From an uncultured Opitutaceae bacterium (GTDB lineage Bacteria; Verrucomicrobiota; Verrucomicrobiia; Opitutales; Opitutaceae), in the NCBI GenBank assembly GCA_903919205.1, contig CAIXHE010000001.1:15618-79617 (forward strand): DNA of 64,000 nucleotides. Reading direction: 5' to 3'. The notes under the pieces were generated by a model. The model did no database searches and was not told the DNA's origin. It saw nothing but the letters and a program-made list of their open reading frames with translations. Shown one piece after another: positions 1 to 8,452 of this stretch (position 1 is the stretch's first letter; the number at the start of each line of letters is the position of its first letter). Both the position numbers and the translations under genes were made by a program.

Positions 1-131
1 ACTTCACGGCCCACAACACCTTTGAGGATCCGCATCGGGTCGAGCCGGTTCCTTTCTCAGGCGCCGCGCTCGCCGGCGGCAAGCTCACGATCCTGTTGCC
101 CAAGCTCTCTGTTGTGGTCCTCGACCTCTGA
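1..131 (+). CDS. 3' end of a glycoside hydrolase, GH51 alpha-L-arabinofuranosidase-like (partial; start lies outside the window)
   Basis: The frame is open from nt 3 to the TGA at 129-131 and translates FTAHNTFEDPHRVEPVPFSGAALAGGKLTILLPKLSVVVLDL. This resembles the C-terminal tail of GH51 arabinofuranosidases (AHNTFE.P..V.P ... L.LP..S..VL). It is absent from the ORF track because it has no start in the window. Confidence 0.5.
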   Translation, partial: FTAHNTFEDPHRVEPVPFSGAALAGGKLTILLPKLSVVVLDL

Positions 132-228
132 GCCGAGAGGGGTTTCCGCAGCCTCCTCGGATCGCCGACCAATCGCGACCGGCTTGTTTACCCATGCTCC
201 AGCCTAAATCGCTTCTTCGAAGGGGAAA

Positions 229-306
229 TGGGGCGGCCAACGGGACTCGAACCCGCGACCCCAAGATTCACAATCTTGTGCTCTAACCAACTGAGCTATG
301 ACCGCC
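229..306 (-). tRNA. tRNA-His (anticodon GTG)
   Basis: The reverse complement folds as a cloverleaf: G(-1) GCGGTCA / GCTC..GAGC / CAAGA-TTGTGAA-TCTTG / GCGGG-TTCGAGT-CCCGT / TGGCCGC-C-CCA. The anticodon loop centre is GTG. The extra 5' G pairing with C73 is the tRNA-His hallmark. CCA is encoded. Confidence 0.9.
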
Positions 307-406
307 GTATAACCTGAGGAACGGAAACCTTCCCGTCCGCTTAAACCCCTGTCAACCTGTTTCCCGGTTGTGTAAGGGGGGACCCGGTGCGAGGGTGGGG
401 GCGTCG

Positions 407-1180
407 ATGCAGCGCCTGCGCCTCGTAACCTTCAACATCGCGCACGGACGCGGGTTAACCCCGATCCAGGGGTTCACGTCCTCCCGCAAGCTGCGCTCCA
501 ACTTAAGGAGGATCTCCGACCTCCTGGTGAAGCTCGATGCCGACGTGGTCGCCCTGCAGGAGATCGACGAGTGCTCGCTCTGGGCGGGCAGTTTCGACCA
601 CCTGGACTACCTGCGCGCCCACGCGGGCTTTGCGCACGCCGCCTTCGGAGTCCACAACCGGAGGTCGGGACTGGTGAAGCTCAACTACGGCAACGCGGTC
701 CTCTCCAGGTACCCGATCGTGGACACCGAGACCGTGGTCTTTGGCAAGCGCAGGCTCGGCGAGAAGGGCTTCCTCTTCACCGAGATCGACGTCGGCGGCC
801 GCATCCTGCCGCTGGTCAACCTCCACCTTCACTTCGGCTTCCGGCGCAAGAGGATGGTGCAGCTGGAGCACCTGGTCGCCTGGCTGCGCGCCAAGGAGCG
901 CGAGCGGGGGCGCGGCTGGGCGATACCCCCGATCGTCTGCGGGGACTTCAACACGCCCGACACCGGCGACGACGCCACGGCCGGCCTCTTCAGGCACCTG
1001 GCCGACTACGGGGACTACAGCCTGCATCCGGTGGGCGGGAAGACCTTCCCGTCTCCGATGCCCGGGCGGGCCCTCGACTTCGTCTTCGTCCCGCACGGAT
1101 GCCGGGCCGCCCGGAGCGAGGTGGTGCGCTCTTTCCTGTCGGACCACCGCCCCGTCATGGTGGAGTTTTCGGTGGCGTGA
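407..1180 (+). CDS. endonuclease/exonuclease/phosphatase (EEP) family protein
   Basis: ORF 368..1180. The internal ATG at 407 gives MQRLRLVTFNIAHGRG. EEP-type motifs are present: VVALQEID, CGDFN and SDHRPV near the C terminus. Confidence 0.8.
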   Translation: MQRLRLVTFNIAHGRGLTPIQGFTSSRKLRSNLRRISDLLVKLDADVVALQEIDECSLWAGSFDHLDYLRAHAGFAHAAFGVHNRRSGLVKLNYGNAVLSRYPIVDTETVVFGKRRLGEKGFLFTEIDVGGRILPLVNLHLHFGFRRKRMVQLEHLVAWLRAKERERGRGWAIPPIVCGDFNTPDTGDDATAGLFRHLADYGDYSLHPVGGKTFPSPMPGRALDFVFVPHGCRAARSEVVRSFLSDHRPVMVEFSVA

Positions 1181-1210
1181 CGGCCCGTTTTCCTCTTGAA
1201 CGACCTCTCC

Positions 1211-2014
1211 ATGTCACGGATTTCCCACGCCTTCGCCCGGGCCCGATCCGAGGGTCGCGCCGCCTTCATCGCCTACCTCTGCGCGGGGGACCCGGACTTT
1301 GACACCTCCCTCGCCGCCTGCCGGGCGGTGATCTCTTCCGGGGCGGACGTGCTCGAGCTCGGCGTCCCGTTCTCGGACCCGCTGGCCGACGGGCTCACCA
1401 ACCAGCTCGCCGCGCAGCGCGCGCTCGAGGCCGGGATGACGGCCGAGCGGGTGTTCGAGCTCGTGCGCAGGATCCGCGATTCTAGCGAGGTGCCGATCGT
1501 TTTCTACACGTATTACAACCTGGTCTTCTCCAACGGCGTGGACCGCTACGTGCGAGCCGCGCGCGAGGCGGGCGTCGACGGGCTGCTGATCCTCGACCTG
1601 CCCCCGGAGGAGTCCCAGGAGGCCCTCGCGGCCTGCCGCTCGCACGGGCTCGACACGGTCTGCATCGTTGCCCCGACCACCCCGGAGGCGCGCCTGGCCC
1701 GGATCGCCTCCGCAGCGAGCGGCTTTGTATATTATGTCTCGCGGGAGGGCGTCACCGGCGTCCGCGAGCAGCTCGCTACCGGCATCGCCGAGGCGGTGGC
1801 GCGGATCCGCAGGCACACCGCCCTGCCGGTCGCGGTGGGCTTCGGCATCTCCACGCGGGCCCAGGTCGCCCAGGTCGCGGCCGTGGCCGACGGCGTGGTG
1901 GTGGGAAGCGCGCTTGTGAACGTGATCCGCGACGGCCTCGGGGCCCGCGCGGGCATCGCCCCCGGGCTTTCCCGGGTCGTCTCCGACCTCGCCGCGGGGA
2001 CCGTGCGCCCATGA
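1211..2014 (+). CDS. trpA: tryptophan synthase alpha chain
   Basis: The ATG at 1211 gives MSRISHAFARARSEGRAAFIAYLCAGDP. Motifs LELGVPFSDPLADG and VGFGIS are typical TrpA. The stop overlaps the next ATG (ATGA at 2011-2014). Confidence 0.9.
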   Translation: MSRISHAFARARSEGRAAFIAYLCAGDPDFDTSLAACRAVISSGADVLELGVPFSDPLADGLTNQLAAQRALEAGMTAERVFELVRRIRDSSEVPIVFYTYYNLVFSNGVDRYVRAAREAGVDGLLILDLPPEESQEALAACRSHGLDTVCIVAPTTPEARLARIASAASGFVYYVSREGVTGVREQLATGIAEAVARIRRHTALPVAVGFGISTRAQVAQVAAVADGVVVGSALVNVIRDGLGARAGIAPGLSRVVSDLAAGTVRP

Positions 2015-2922
2015 CCCGCATCCTGGTGATCGACGACGACCGGCTCCAGTTCCGGATCGTCCAGGAGCATTTCAAGAGCTTCGGCAAGGGAGCCTACCAC
2101 GTCGACTGGGCCGACACCTACGAGGAGGGCCTCGAGCGCCTGCTCTCCGGAACCTACGCCGCCTGCCTGCTCGACTTCCGGCTCGGCGACCGTGACGGCC
2201 TGCAGCTGATCCGCGAGTCCACCGCCAAGGGCTGCCACACCCCCATCGTGTTCCTTACGGCGGACGCCTCGGAGAAGGTGGACCTCCAGGCCATGGAGGC
2301 CGGAGCCCTCGACTACCTCGTGAAGGGCGAGATCTCGGCGCGCTCGCTCGAACGATCGCTCAGGTACGCTACCAAGCTGGGCGAGACGCTCGAGGCCCTC
2401 AGGCGCCTCGCCACGCGCGACGAGCTGACCGGGCTCCTCAACCGCAGGGAGTACGACCGCATCCTCGTGGAGGAGGAGGAGCGCTCGAGGCGGTTCGACC
2501 AGCCCCTCTCGCTCGTCCTGATCGACCTCGACCGGTTCAAGGCCGTCAACGACACCCACGGCCACGCTGCCGGCGACGCCGTGCTCGCGGAGGCGGCCCG
2601 CCGCATCTCCGGTGCCATCCGCTCGGTCGACCGGGCGTTCCGGGTCGGTGGCGAGGAATTCGCGCTCATCCTGCTGCGGACCGACCTCGACTCGGCCCTC
2701 GAGGTCGCCGGGCGTGCCATCGCGTCCGTCTCCCGGGCGCCGATCCAGGCGGCCTCGGGGCTGACGCTTGTCGTGACGGCGAGCGCGGGCGTGGCCGAGA
2801 TCCCCGGCGACGCAGGGAGCGGCCCCGACCTCTTCCAGGCGGCCGACCGGGCGCTGTACGAGGCCAAGGCGTCGGGGCGAAACCGCGCCGTCTCGGCGCG
2901 CGCCATGCGGGGGCTGCCGTGA
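2011..2922 (+). CDS. response regulator receiver + GGDEF diguanylate cyclase (PleD-like)
   Basis: It has an N-terminal receiver (ILVIDDD ... LLDFRLGDRDG). The C-terminal GGDEF domain carries GGEEF, with an RSVD (RxxD I-site) five residues upstream. Confidence 0.9.
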   Translation: MTRILVIDDDRLQFRIVQEHFKSFGKGAYHVDWADTYEEGLERLLSGTYAACLLDFRLGDRDGLQLIRESTAKGCHTPIVFLTADASEKVDLQAMEAGALDYLVKGEISARSLERSLRYATKLGETLEALRRLATRDELTGLLNRREYDRILVEEEERSRRFDQPLSLVLIDLDRFKAVNDTHGHAAGDAVLAEAARRISGAIRSVDRAFRVGGEEFALILLRTDLDSALEVAGRAIASVSRAPIQAASGLTLVVTASAGVAEIPGDAGSGPDLFQAADRALYEAKASGRNRAVSARAMRGLP

Positions 2923-3854
2923 GCCCCGCCGCGGGGAGCGGCCGCACGCTGCACCTCCTCACCGGCTGCACCGCAGCGGGAAAGACCGAGCTCGCCCTGC
3001 GCTGGGCCGAGCTGCACGGGGCCGAGATCGTGTCCTGCGACTCGCTGCTCTTCTACCGGGGCATGGACATCGGCACCGCCAAGCCCTCGCGCGAGGAGCT
3101 GCGGAGGGTGCCGCACCACCTGGTCGACATCCGCGACGTGCGAGACCCCATGAACGCGGCGACCTACGCCTCCTTGGCGCACGCGGCTGCCTGCGCCATC
3201 GCCGAGAGGGGCCGGCCCGTCCTTGTCGTGGGCGGGAGCGGATTCTACCTGAAGTCCTTCCTGGCGCCGGTCGCCGACGGCGTGGAGGTGCCCGACGGCG
3301 TCCGCTCCCGCGTCGCCGCGCTTCTCGAGACCTCGGGCCTGCCCGGCGCCGTCGAGCTGCTGCGGAGCCTGAACCCGGGCGGCCTCGGGCCGCTCGATCT
3401 GGACAATCCCCGCCGCGTGGCGAGCGCGCTCGGGCGGTGCCTCGCGTCGGGCCGCACGCTGGCCGAGCTCTCGGAGGCGTTTTCCAGGGTAGTGCACCCG
3501 TTCGCGGGATGGGAGGTGCGCCTGGCGAGGGTCGAGCGCCCCGCCGCCGAACTGGAGGAGCGCATTCGCGCGCGCACCGAGGCCATGCTGGGCGCCGGCC
3601 TGGTCTCGGAGGTGTCGCGCCTCCTGGAACACGGCCTGCTCGAGAACCCCAGCGCAGCCAGGGCCATCGGCTACCGGGAGACCATCGACGTGCTGCAGGG
3701 CAGGGCGGCCCCCGAGGGTCTTGCCGGCGCCATACGCCGGGACACGCGCGCCCTCGTTAAGAAGCAGCGCACCTGGTTCCGGACCCAGCTGCCGGCCCAT
3801 CCGGTGCTCGACGCCTCCGGCCCCGAGGTCCTGGGGCGCCTATTCCTTCGTTGA
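2919..3854 (+). CDS. miaA: tRNA dimethylallyltransferase
   Basis: The GTG start at 2919 overlaps the upstream stop (GTGA). It has a P-loop GCTAAGKT, SCDSLLFYRGMDIGTAKP, and VPHHLVD. Length is about 311 aa. Confidence 0.85.
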   Translation: MSPAAGSGRTLHLLTGCTAAGKTELALRWAELHGAEIVSCDSLLFYRGMDIGTAKPSREELRRVPHHLVDIRDVRDPMNAATYASLAHAAACAIAERGRPVLVVGGSGFYLKSFLAPVADGVEVPDGVRSRVAALLETSGLPGAVELLRSLNPGGLGPLDLDNPRRVASALGRCLASGRTLAELSEAFSRVVHPFAGWEVRLARVERPAAELEERIRARTEAMLGAGLVSEVSRLLEHGLLENPSAARAIGYRETIDVLQGRAAPEGLAGAIRRDTRALVKKQRTWFRTQLPAHPVLDASGPEVLGRLFLR

Positions 3855-4610
3855 GGGCCTGCGCCTCTGGTAGACGTCCTTGTAGTAGACCAGGTTCTCG
3901 CCGACGAGGTCGACGACTCCGTTGTCCACCGTCGACAGGCAGAGGATCCCCTCGTGGAAGCCCACCTGGTAGGAATCGGAGTACTCGTTGATCGGGCCCT
4001 TGGCGCCGAGCTCGAAAAAGCGGATTTTTCCAGTGGCCCCCACCTCGATGACACGGTCGCCGGTCTTGGTCCCGGTCGCGTAGGTGCCCGCGAGTGCCGC
4101 CTCCTTGGCCGCGGCGACCGCGGGGTCCTTCATGAGGGTGACCGGCACCTTCTTGTTCACGCTCTCCACGTAGAACACGGAGTAGAGGATGTAGCCGTTG
4201 AGCAGCAGGCCGACCACCAGCATGGCGAAGGCGATGCCCTTGTGGGGCGCGGTCGGGGGCGGCTGCGGCAGCTCCTCGTCGGGCGAGGAGAAGGGCGACG
4301 ACGTGGCGCCGACGCGGTCCAGGCGCTCCAGGAGCCCGGCCACCGACATCTCGGTCCCGGGTGCCGAATGGTCGCGCATGTCGTAGACGTTCAGGCGCCC
4401 GCGGCTCGTGCGCACGATCAGCTTCGCCCCCCGGCCGGCCACCACGATGTGCGGGTCGCGGTCCTCGTTCTCCGCGGGGTGCACGTTCGCAAAGCGGTCG
4501 AGCAGGGTGGTCAGCGCGACGGCGTCCATCTCGCCCCTGTCATCGGCGTCCATCGAGGCCACGGTCGAGGTGCCGTCGGGGCCGAGCCGGTAGGTGGTGA
4601 CGCGGTACAT
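3840..4610 (-). CDS. hypothetical single-pass membrane protein
   Basis: This 256-aa ORF starts 1 nt after the pseudopilin stop. It has one hydrophobic segment (IAFAMLVVGLLLNGYILYSVFY) between a roughly 125-aa N-terminal domain and a roughly 110-aa C-terminal domain. I recognise no family. Confidence 0.6.
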   Translation of the reverse strand: MYRVTTYRLGPDGTSTVASMDADDRGEMDAVALTTLLDRFANVHPAENEDRDPHIVVAGRGAKLIVRTSRGRLNVYDMRDHSAPGTEMSVAGLLERLDRVGATSSPFSSPDEELPQPPPTAPHKGIAFAMLVVGLLLNGYILYSVFYVESVNKKVPVTLMKDPAVAAAKEAALAGTYATGTKTGDRVIEVGATGKIRFFELGAKGPINEYSDSYQVGFHEGILCLSTVDNGVVDLVGENLVYYKDVYQRRRPSTKE

Positions 4611-4611
4611 G

Positions 4612-5199
4612 TCAGTGCTCGAGGACGTACACCGGCTGGTTGCGGTATCCGAGGAAGAAGTTGCCGGTCGAGAGGTTGCCGTCGTCCAGCTTCGTGTCGA
4701 TGTCGGTGAGCTGGTTGGCGTCCGAGCTCACCAGGTTGGCCCCCGAGCTGGCGATGATGATCACTGCGGCATAGCGTCCCCCCTGCTGGGGGCTCTGGGT
4801 CGCGAACTGGTAGAGCCCGCCTATGGGCGTCGTGCGTCCCCAGTTGGTCTGGCTCAGGTAGCCGTCCATGCCCGGGGGGAACTCTCCCGGTGCACCGCCC
4901 CCGGGCGGCCAGTCGCCGTGCTCCTGGACGTACTCCTGGAACGCGCCGGAGAAGACCCTCAGGTCATTCATCACGGTGCTCGAGCGTGCGTTGATCGTGT
5001 TCTTCTTGAAGGCCGGGATCGAGAGGGCCCCCAGGATACCGATGATCAGGACCACGATCGAGATCTCGAGCAGGCTGAAGGCCGCCTGCGACCGAGCCCT
5101 ACTCGGGAAGCTGGATGTGGTAGAGCGCGAGCGAGCTGCCCTCGAGGAAGCGCAGGTCGGCGATGGCGGAGAGCAGATTGACCTTTGCCTGCAACTCAC
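4612..5199 (-). CDS. prepilin-type N-terminal cleavage/methylation domain protein (type II secretion pseudopilin-like); start uncertain
   Basis: It carries a class III signal motif, QAA/FSLLEISIVVLIIGILGALSIPAF. No ATG, GTG or TTG lies between the upstream TolC stop (5099-5101) and this motif. The nearest in-frame starts are GTG 5199, TTG 5217 and TTG 5268. Confidence 0.6.
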   Translation of the reverse strand: MSCRQRSICSPPSPTCASSRAARSRSTTSSFPSRARSQAAFSLLEISIVVLIIGILGALSIPAFKKNTINARSSTVMNDLRVFSGAFQEYVQEHGDWPPGGGAPGEFPPGMDGYLSQTNWGRTTPIGGLYQFATQSPQQGGRYAAVIIIASSGANLVSSDANQLTDIDTKLDDGNLSTGNFFLGYRNQPVYVLEH

Positions 5200-6616
5200 T
5201 GACTCGCGCGGTTTCAAGATTGTTCTCAGATTGGAGCACCAGATAACTCGTGGCAAGGCCCGCGTCAAACTGGGCCTTCTGGAGCTCGTAGGCCTTCTCC
5301 GCGTAGCGCGTGTTTTCGCCCGAGCTGCGCACGCTGGCCGCGTTCGCCTGGACGCTGCGGATGGCCGCGCGCACCTGAACGACCAGTGCCTGGTCTGCCT
5401 GGTCGTACGCGACCTCCTGGCTGCGCACGCCCGAGAGTGCCTGGCGGTAGGCCGCGCGGTTGGCCCTCATCTCCCACGGGATCGAGACCGTGAGGCCGGC
5501 CGTCCAGTTGTAGCCGTTCCAGGCCCCGGTAACCGACTCGCTTGCGGAGGCGGCGTAGGAGCCGTAGCCCAGACCGCCGTTCACGTTGAGCTGCGGCAGC
5601 ATGTTGCGCTTCGCGCGCAGCGCGGTGAGCTTGTACTGGTCGATTGTCGCCTGGGCGACCGCCAGGTTCGGCCCGTTGTCGCGGGCCAGCTTGTAGGAGC
5701 GATCGAAGGAAACGTCGGGCTCTGTTAGGGGCGGGAAGGCGATCGAGCCCACGGCCGACTTGAACTCGCGGTCGCCGAGGAGCTGGAGCAGGGCGTCCTC
5801 GCTGTTGTGGACCGCCTGCTCGTCGAGGATCAGCTGGTTCTGCGCGGCGGCGACGCCGGCGCGTGCGTTCATGACGTCGAGGTCGGTGAGGACCCCGGTC
5901 TGCCGGCGGATCGTGTTCTCGTCGAGGAGCTGCTGGGCCTGCTTGAGCGTGTCGGTGGCGACCTTGTACTGCTCGCGCTGATACAGCAGGTTGTAGTAGG
6001 TGGTCTCCACGTTGTAGATCATCGTGAGCACGGTGCTCTTGAACGTGAGGTTGGAGATCCGCACTCCCAGGCGGGCGCTCTCGATCAGGGCGCGGCCGTA
6101 GTCGGTCCCCGCACCCTGCAGGAGGGGCTGCGTGACCGAAATGGACGCGTTGCTGCTGTAGGACGGGTTCGGGAGCGAAAACGTCGGATTGTAGAGGATC
6201 TTCTCCAGGTTGTAGCTCGCCGAGAGCGTGCCCCCGGTGAGGATCGTGTCGTTCACCGAGAACGTGCCCGTGTCGACCCGGGAGTAGGGCACGATTCCCA
6301 GGTAGGACTCGTTGGTGGCCGTCTGCGACACCGAGCGGTTGGCGTTGAACCCGAAGACGGGCTCGAAGGCGGCCTGCTGGATGACCACGCTGTCGATCGA
6401 CTCCTCCACGTTGAACTGCTGGATGCGGACCGTGAAGTTGCGCCCGAGCGCCTGCCCGACGCAGCCCTGGAGGCTCACGGGCCCGGAGAGGTCCACCGGC
6501 GGCAGGGCGTCGCCGAAGGAGGCAGGGGCCGGTGCCGCGGCGGCTCCGGCGAAGGCGGGAAGCGAGCAGAGGGCGAGGGTCAGGGCGGCCCGTAGGCGCG
6601 GGAGGGAACAGGGCAT
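5099..6616 (-). CDS. TolC-family outer membrane efflux protein
   Basis: 505 aa with a signal peptide, MPCSLPRLRAALTLALCSLPAFAGA. It shows the two-repeat, coiled-coil-rich pattern typical of outer membrane factor proteins (e.g. LDVMNARAGVAAAQNQL, YLVLQSENNLETARVSELQAKVNL). Confidence 0.8.
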   Translation of the reverse strand: MPCSLPRLRAALTLALCSLPAFAGAAAAPAPASFGDALPPVDLSGPVSLQGCVGQALGRNFTVRIQQFNVEESIDSVVIQQAAFEPVFGFNANRSVSQTATNESYLGIVPYSRVDTGTFSVNDTILTGGTLSASYNLEKILYNPTFSLPNPSYSSNASISVTQPLLQGAGTDYGRALIESARLGVRISNLTFKSTVLTMIYNVETTYYNLLYQREQYKVATDTLKQAQQLLDENTIRRQTGVLTDLDVMNARAGVAAAQNQLILDEQAVHNSEDALLQLLGDREFKSAVGSIAFPPLTEPDVSFDRSYKLARDNGPNLAVAQATIDQYKLTALRAKRNMLPQLNVNGGLGYGSYAASASESVTGAWNGYNWTAGLTVSIPWEMRANRAAYRQALSGVRSQEVAYDQADQALVVQVRAAIRSVQANAASVRSSGENTRYAEKAYELQKAQFDAGLATSYLVLQSENNLETARVSELQAKVNLLSAIADLRFLEGSSLALYHIQLPE

Positions 6617-6751
6617 GTTAGGGAGATTCGCTTGGTTTAACCCCTATTCAACACCGCGGCAGCCACGAAAGTTACGCTTTTTTCGACCTGTGGCTCGCCG
6701 CGGGAGGGGGACGGTCGAAAGCCGCGGTTGAGCGGCGCGGGGTGCCCGGGC

Positions 6752-8401
6752 CTAGTGGGGCACGGCCTCGGAGCGCTTGAGCTCGTTCTGCATGAGCTCG
6801 GTGAGGATGGCGGTCGAGTCGAGGCGGGCGAAGTTCATCGCGAGCTGCGCCTTGAACCGTGCGTAGTCGGGGTTCGACTCGTCGAGTGCGGGCAGCTTCT
6901 TGTCGGCTGCGTAGACCAGCACGCCACGGTCGGCGGTGGCCTTCAGGTCGGACACGCCGCCCTTGGCGAGGTGGGTGAGCGCGTCGACGACCGTCTCGTC
7001 CACGTCGGCGGGCTTGCTCTTGAACACGAAGGCCGGGAAGGACTTGACCGAGACCTTCAGGCTGCCGGCCGCCTCGGCGACCGCCTTGTCGAAGGCCTCG
7101 CCCGCCTTCAGGCGCCGCTCGATCCCGGCCTGGAAGGTCTTGCCGAACTCAATGAAGTGCTGGCGCCTCTGGCTGTCCACGGCGTCGGCCTTCACCTTGT
7201 CGCGCACCTCGGCCAGCAGAGGGGTGCGGGAGGGCAGCGACTCCCTCCACAGGAGGACGGCGGCCCCCGTTGGGGTCGGCACCCCCTCGGAATAGAAGTG
7301 ATCCGCGCCCAGCTCGAAGGCCGCCTTCGCCACCTGGGGGGAGCCGAGGAGCTCGGCGGGTCCCTCCTCCGCGGTGAACGGGACCAAGCTCGCCTTGGTG
7401 AGGTGGTGTGCGGCGAGGAAGCCGTCAAGCGTGCCGCGGGTCACCTTGCCCTGGTAAAGGGAGAAGGCGAAGTCGGAGGCCGCCTGGACGGCCGCGCGCT
7501 CGGCCTTGTCGGCGAGGAGCGCCTGGCGCACGTCCTTCTGGACGGCCGCGAAGTCCGCTGACGGGTCGGCCTTCAGGCTGGGGGCCTTGGCCGCACCGGG
7601 CTTGGGGAAGCGCGAGGGCTGGGCGTCGTAGTACTCGCGCACCTCGGCATCGGTCGCGGTGACCGAGGGCAGGTAGCCGGCGGCCGGGAAGGCCACGTAG
7701 TCAACCCCGACCTTCGGGGCGATCGTATAGCGGAAGGTATTATCCGAGAAAAACTTGGCGATCTCGGCGTCGGAGAGGCTCAGGGAGGGCTCGAAGGAGG
7801 CGTAGTCCACCGTGGCCGTTTCGAGGGTCCAGGTGGTGTCCTCCTTCTCGAGCACGGAGCGCAGGTCGCTCGGCATCACGTAGCCCGGGCCGCCCACCAG
7901 GCGCTCCACCTTACCGGCGCGTATGTCCTGGCCGATCACGCGCACGATGTCGGCCTCGGTGCTGTCGCCGCGGGCCTTCAGGCTGCTGCGGAAGGCGTCG
8001 TAGCGGGTGACGTCGAACTGGCCGTCCGGGCCGTGGAAGGCGCGCAAGTCCTTGATGAAATTGGTGATCTCCGCAGGCGTCGCTTCCGGGATGTGCATCG
8101 CGTCGGCAAAGTAGAGCGAGGTGATGCGGCGGATCGCGTAGTACTGGACCTGCTCCTCGGAGAGGGCCCCGCCGTTCTGCAGGCTGGCGCTGATGCGAGC
8201 GTCCTCGCGGAAGCGCAGGTCATCCTCCCGCGAGGCGAGGTTATGGCCGAAGAACTCCTTGGTCTGGGTCTCGTGCTCCGCGCGCCCGATGCCGGGCGTC
8301 GAGCCGATCGTGAAGATGAACGGGATGACCATCCCGAGCAGCAGCACCGCGAAGATCAGGCGAAAGTGATGTTGGAAGGTCCGCTGGATCCAGGAAATCA
8401 T
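6752..8401 (-). CDS. PpiD-like periplasmic chaperone (SurA N-terminal domain, membrane anchored)
   Basis: The N terminus MISWIQRTFQHHFRLIFAVLLLGMVIPFIF is the characteristic PpiD-type anchor. The rest is a long periplasmic region. I could not see a clear parvulin signature. Confidence 0.6.
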   Translation of the reverse strand: MISWIQRTFQHHFRLIFAVLLLGMVIPFIFTIGSTPGIGRAEHETQTKEFFGHNLASREDDLRFREDARISASLQNGGALSEEQVQYYAIRRITSLYFADAMHIPEATPAEITNFIKDLRAFHGPDGQFDVTRYDAFRSSLKARGDSTEADIVRVIGQDIRAGKVERLVGGPGYVMPSDLRSVLEKEDTTWTLETATVDYASFEPSLSLSDAEIAKFFSDNTFRYTIAPKVGVDYVAFPAAGYLPSVTATDAEVREYYDAQPSRFPKPGAAKAPSLKADPSADFAAVQKDVRQALLADKAERAAVQAASDFAFSLYQGKVTRGTLDGFLAAHHLTKASLVPFTAEEGPAELLGSPQVAKAAFELGADHFYSEGVPTPTGAAVLLWRESLPSRTPLLAEVRDKVKADAVDSQRRQHFIEFGKTFQAGIERRLKAGEAFDKAVAEAAGSLKVSVKSFPAFVFKSKPADVDETVVDALTHLAKGGVSDLKATADRGVLVYAADKKLPALDESNPDYARFKAQLAMNFARLDSTAILTELMQNELKRSEAVPH

Positions 8402-8452
8402 GTGGGTATAAGGGGAGCGAACCCTAGGGCGGCGCCGGGCACTGGCAACGCT

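Noticed and set aside
22-207. 61-aa plus-strand ORF at the window start
   Set aside because: It overlaps the better-supported GH51-like C-terminal frame (3..131) out of frame and has Ser/Arg/Pro-rich artefact composition.
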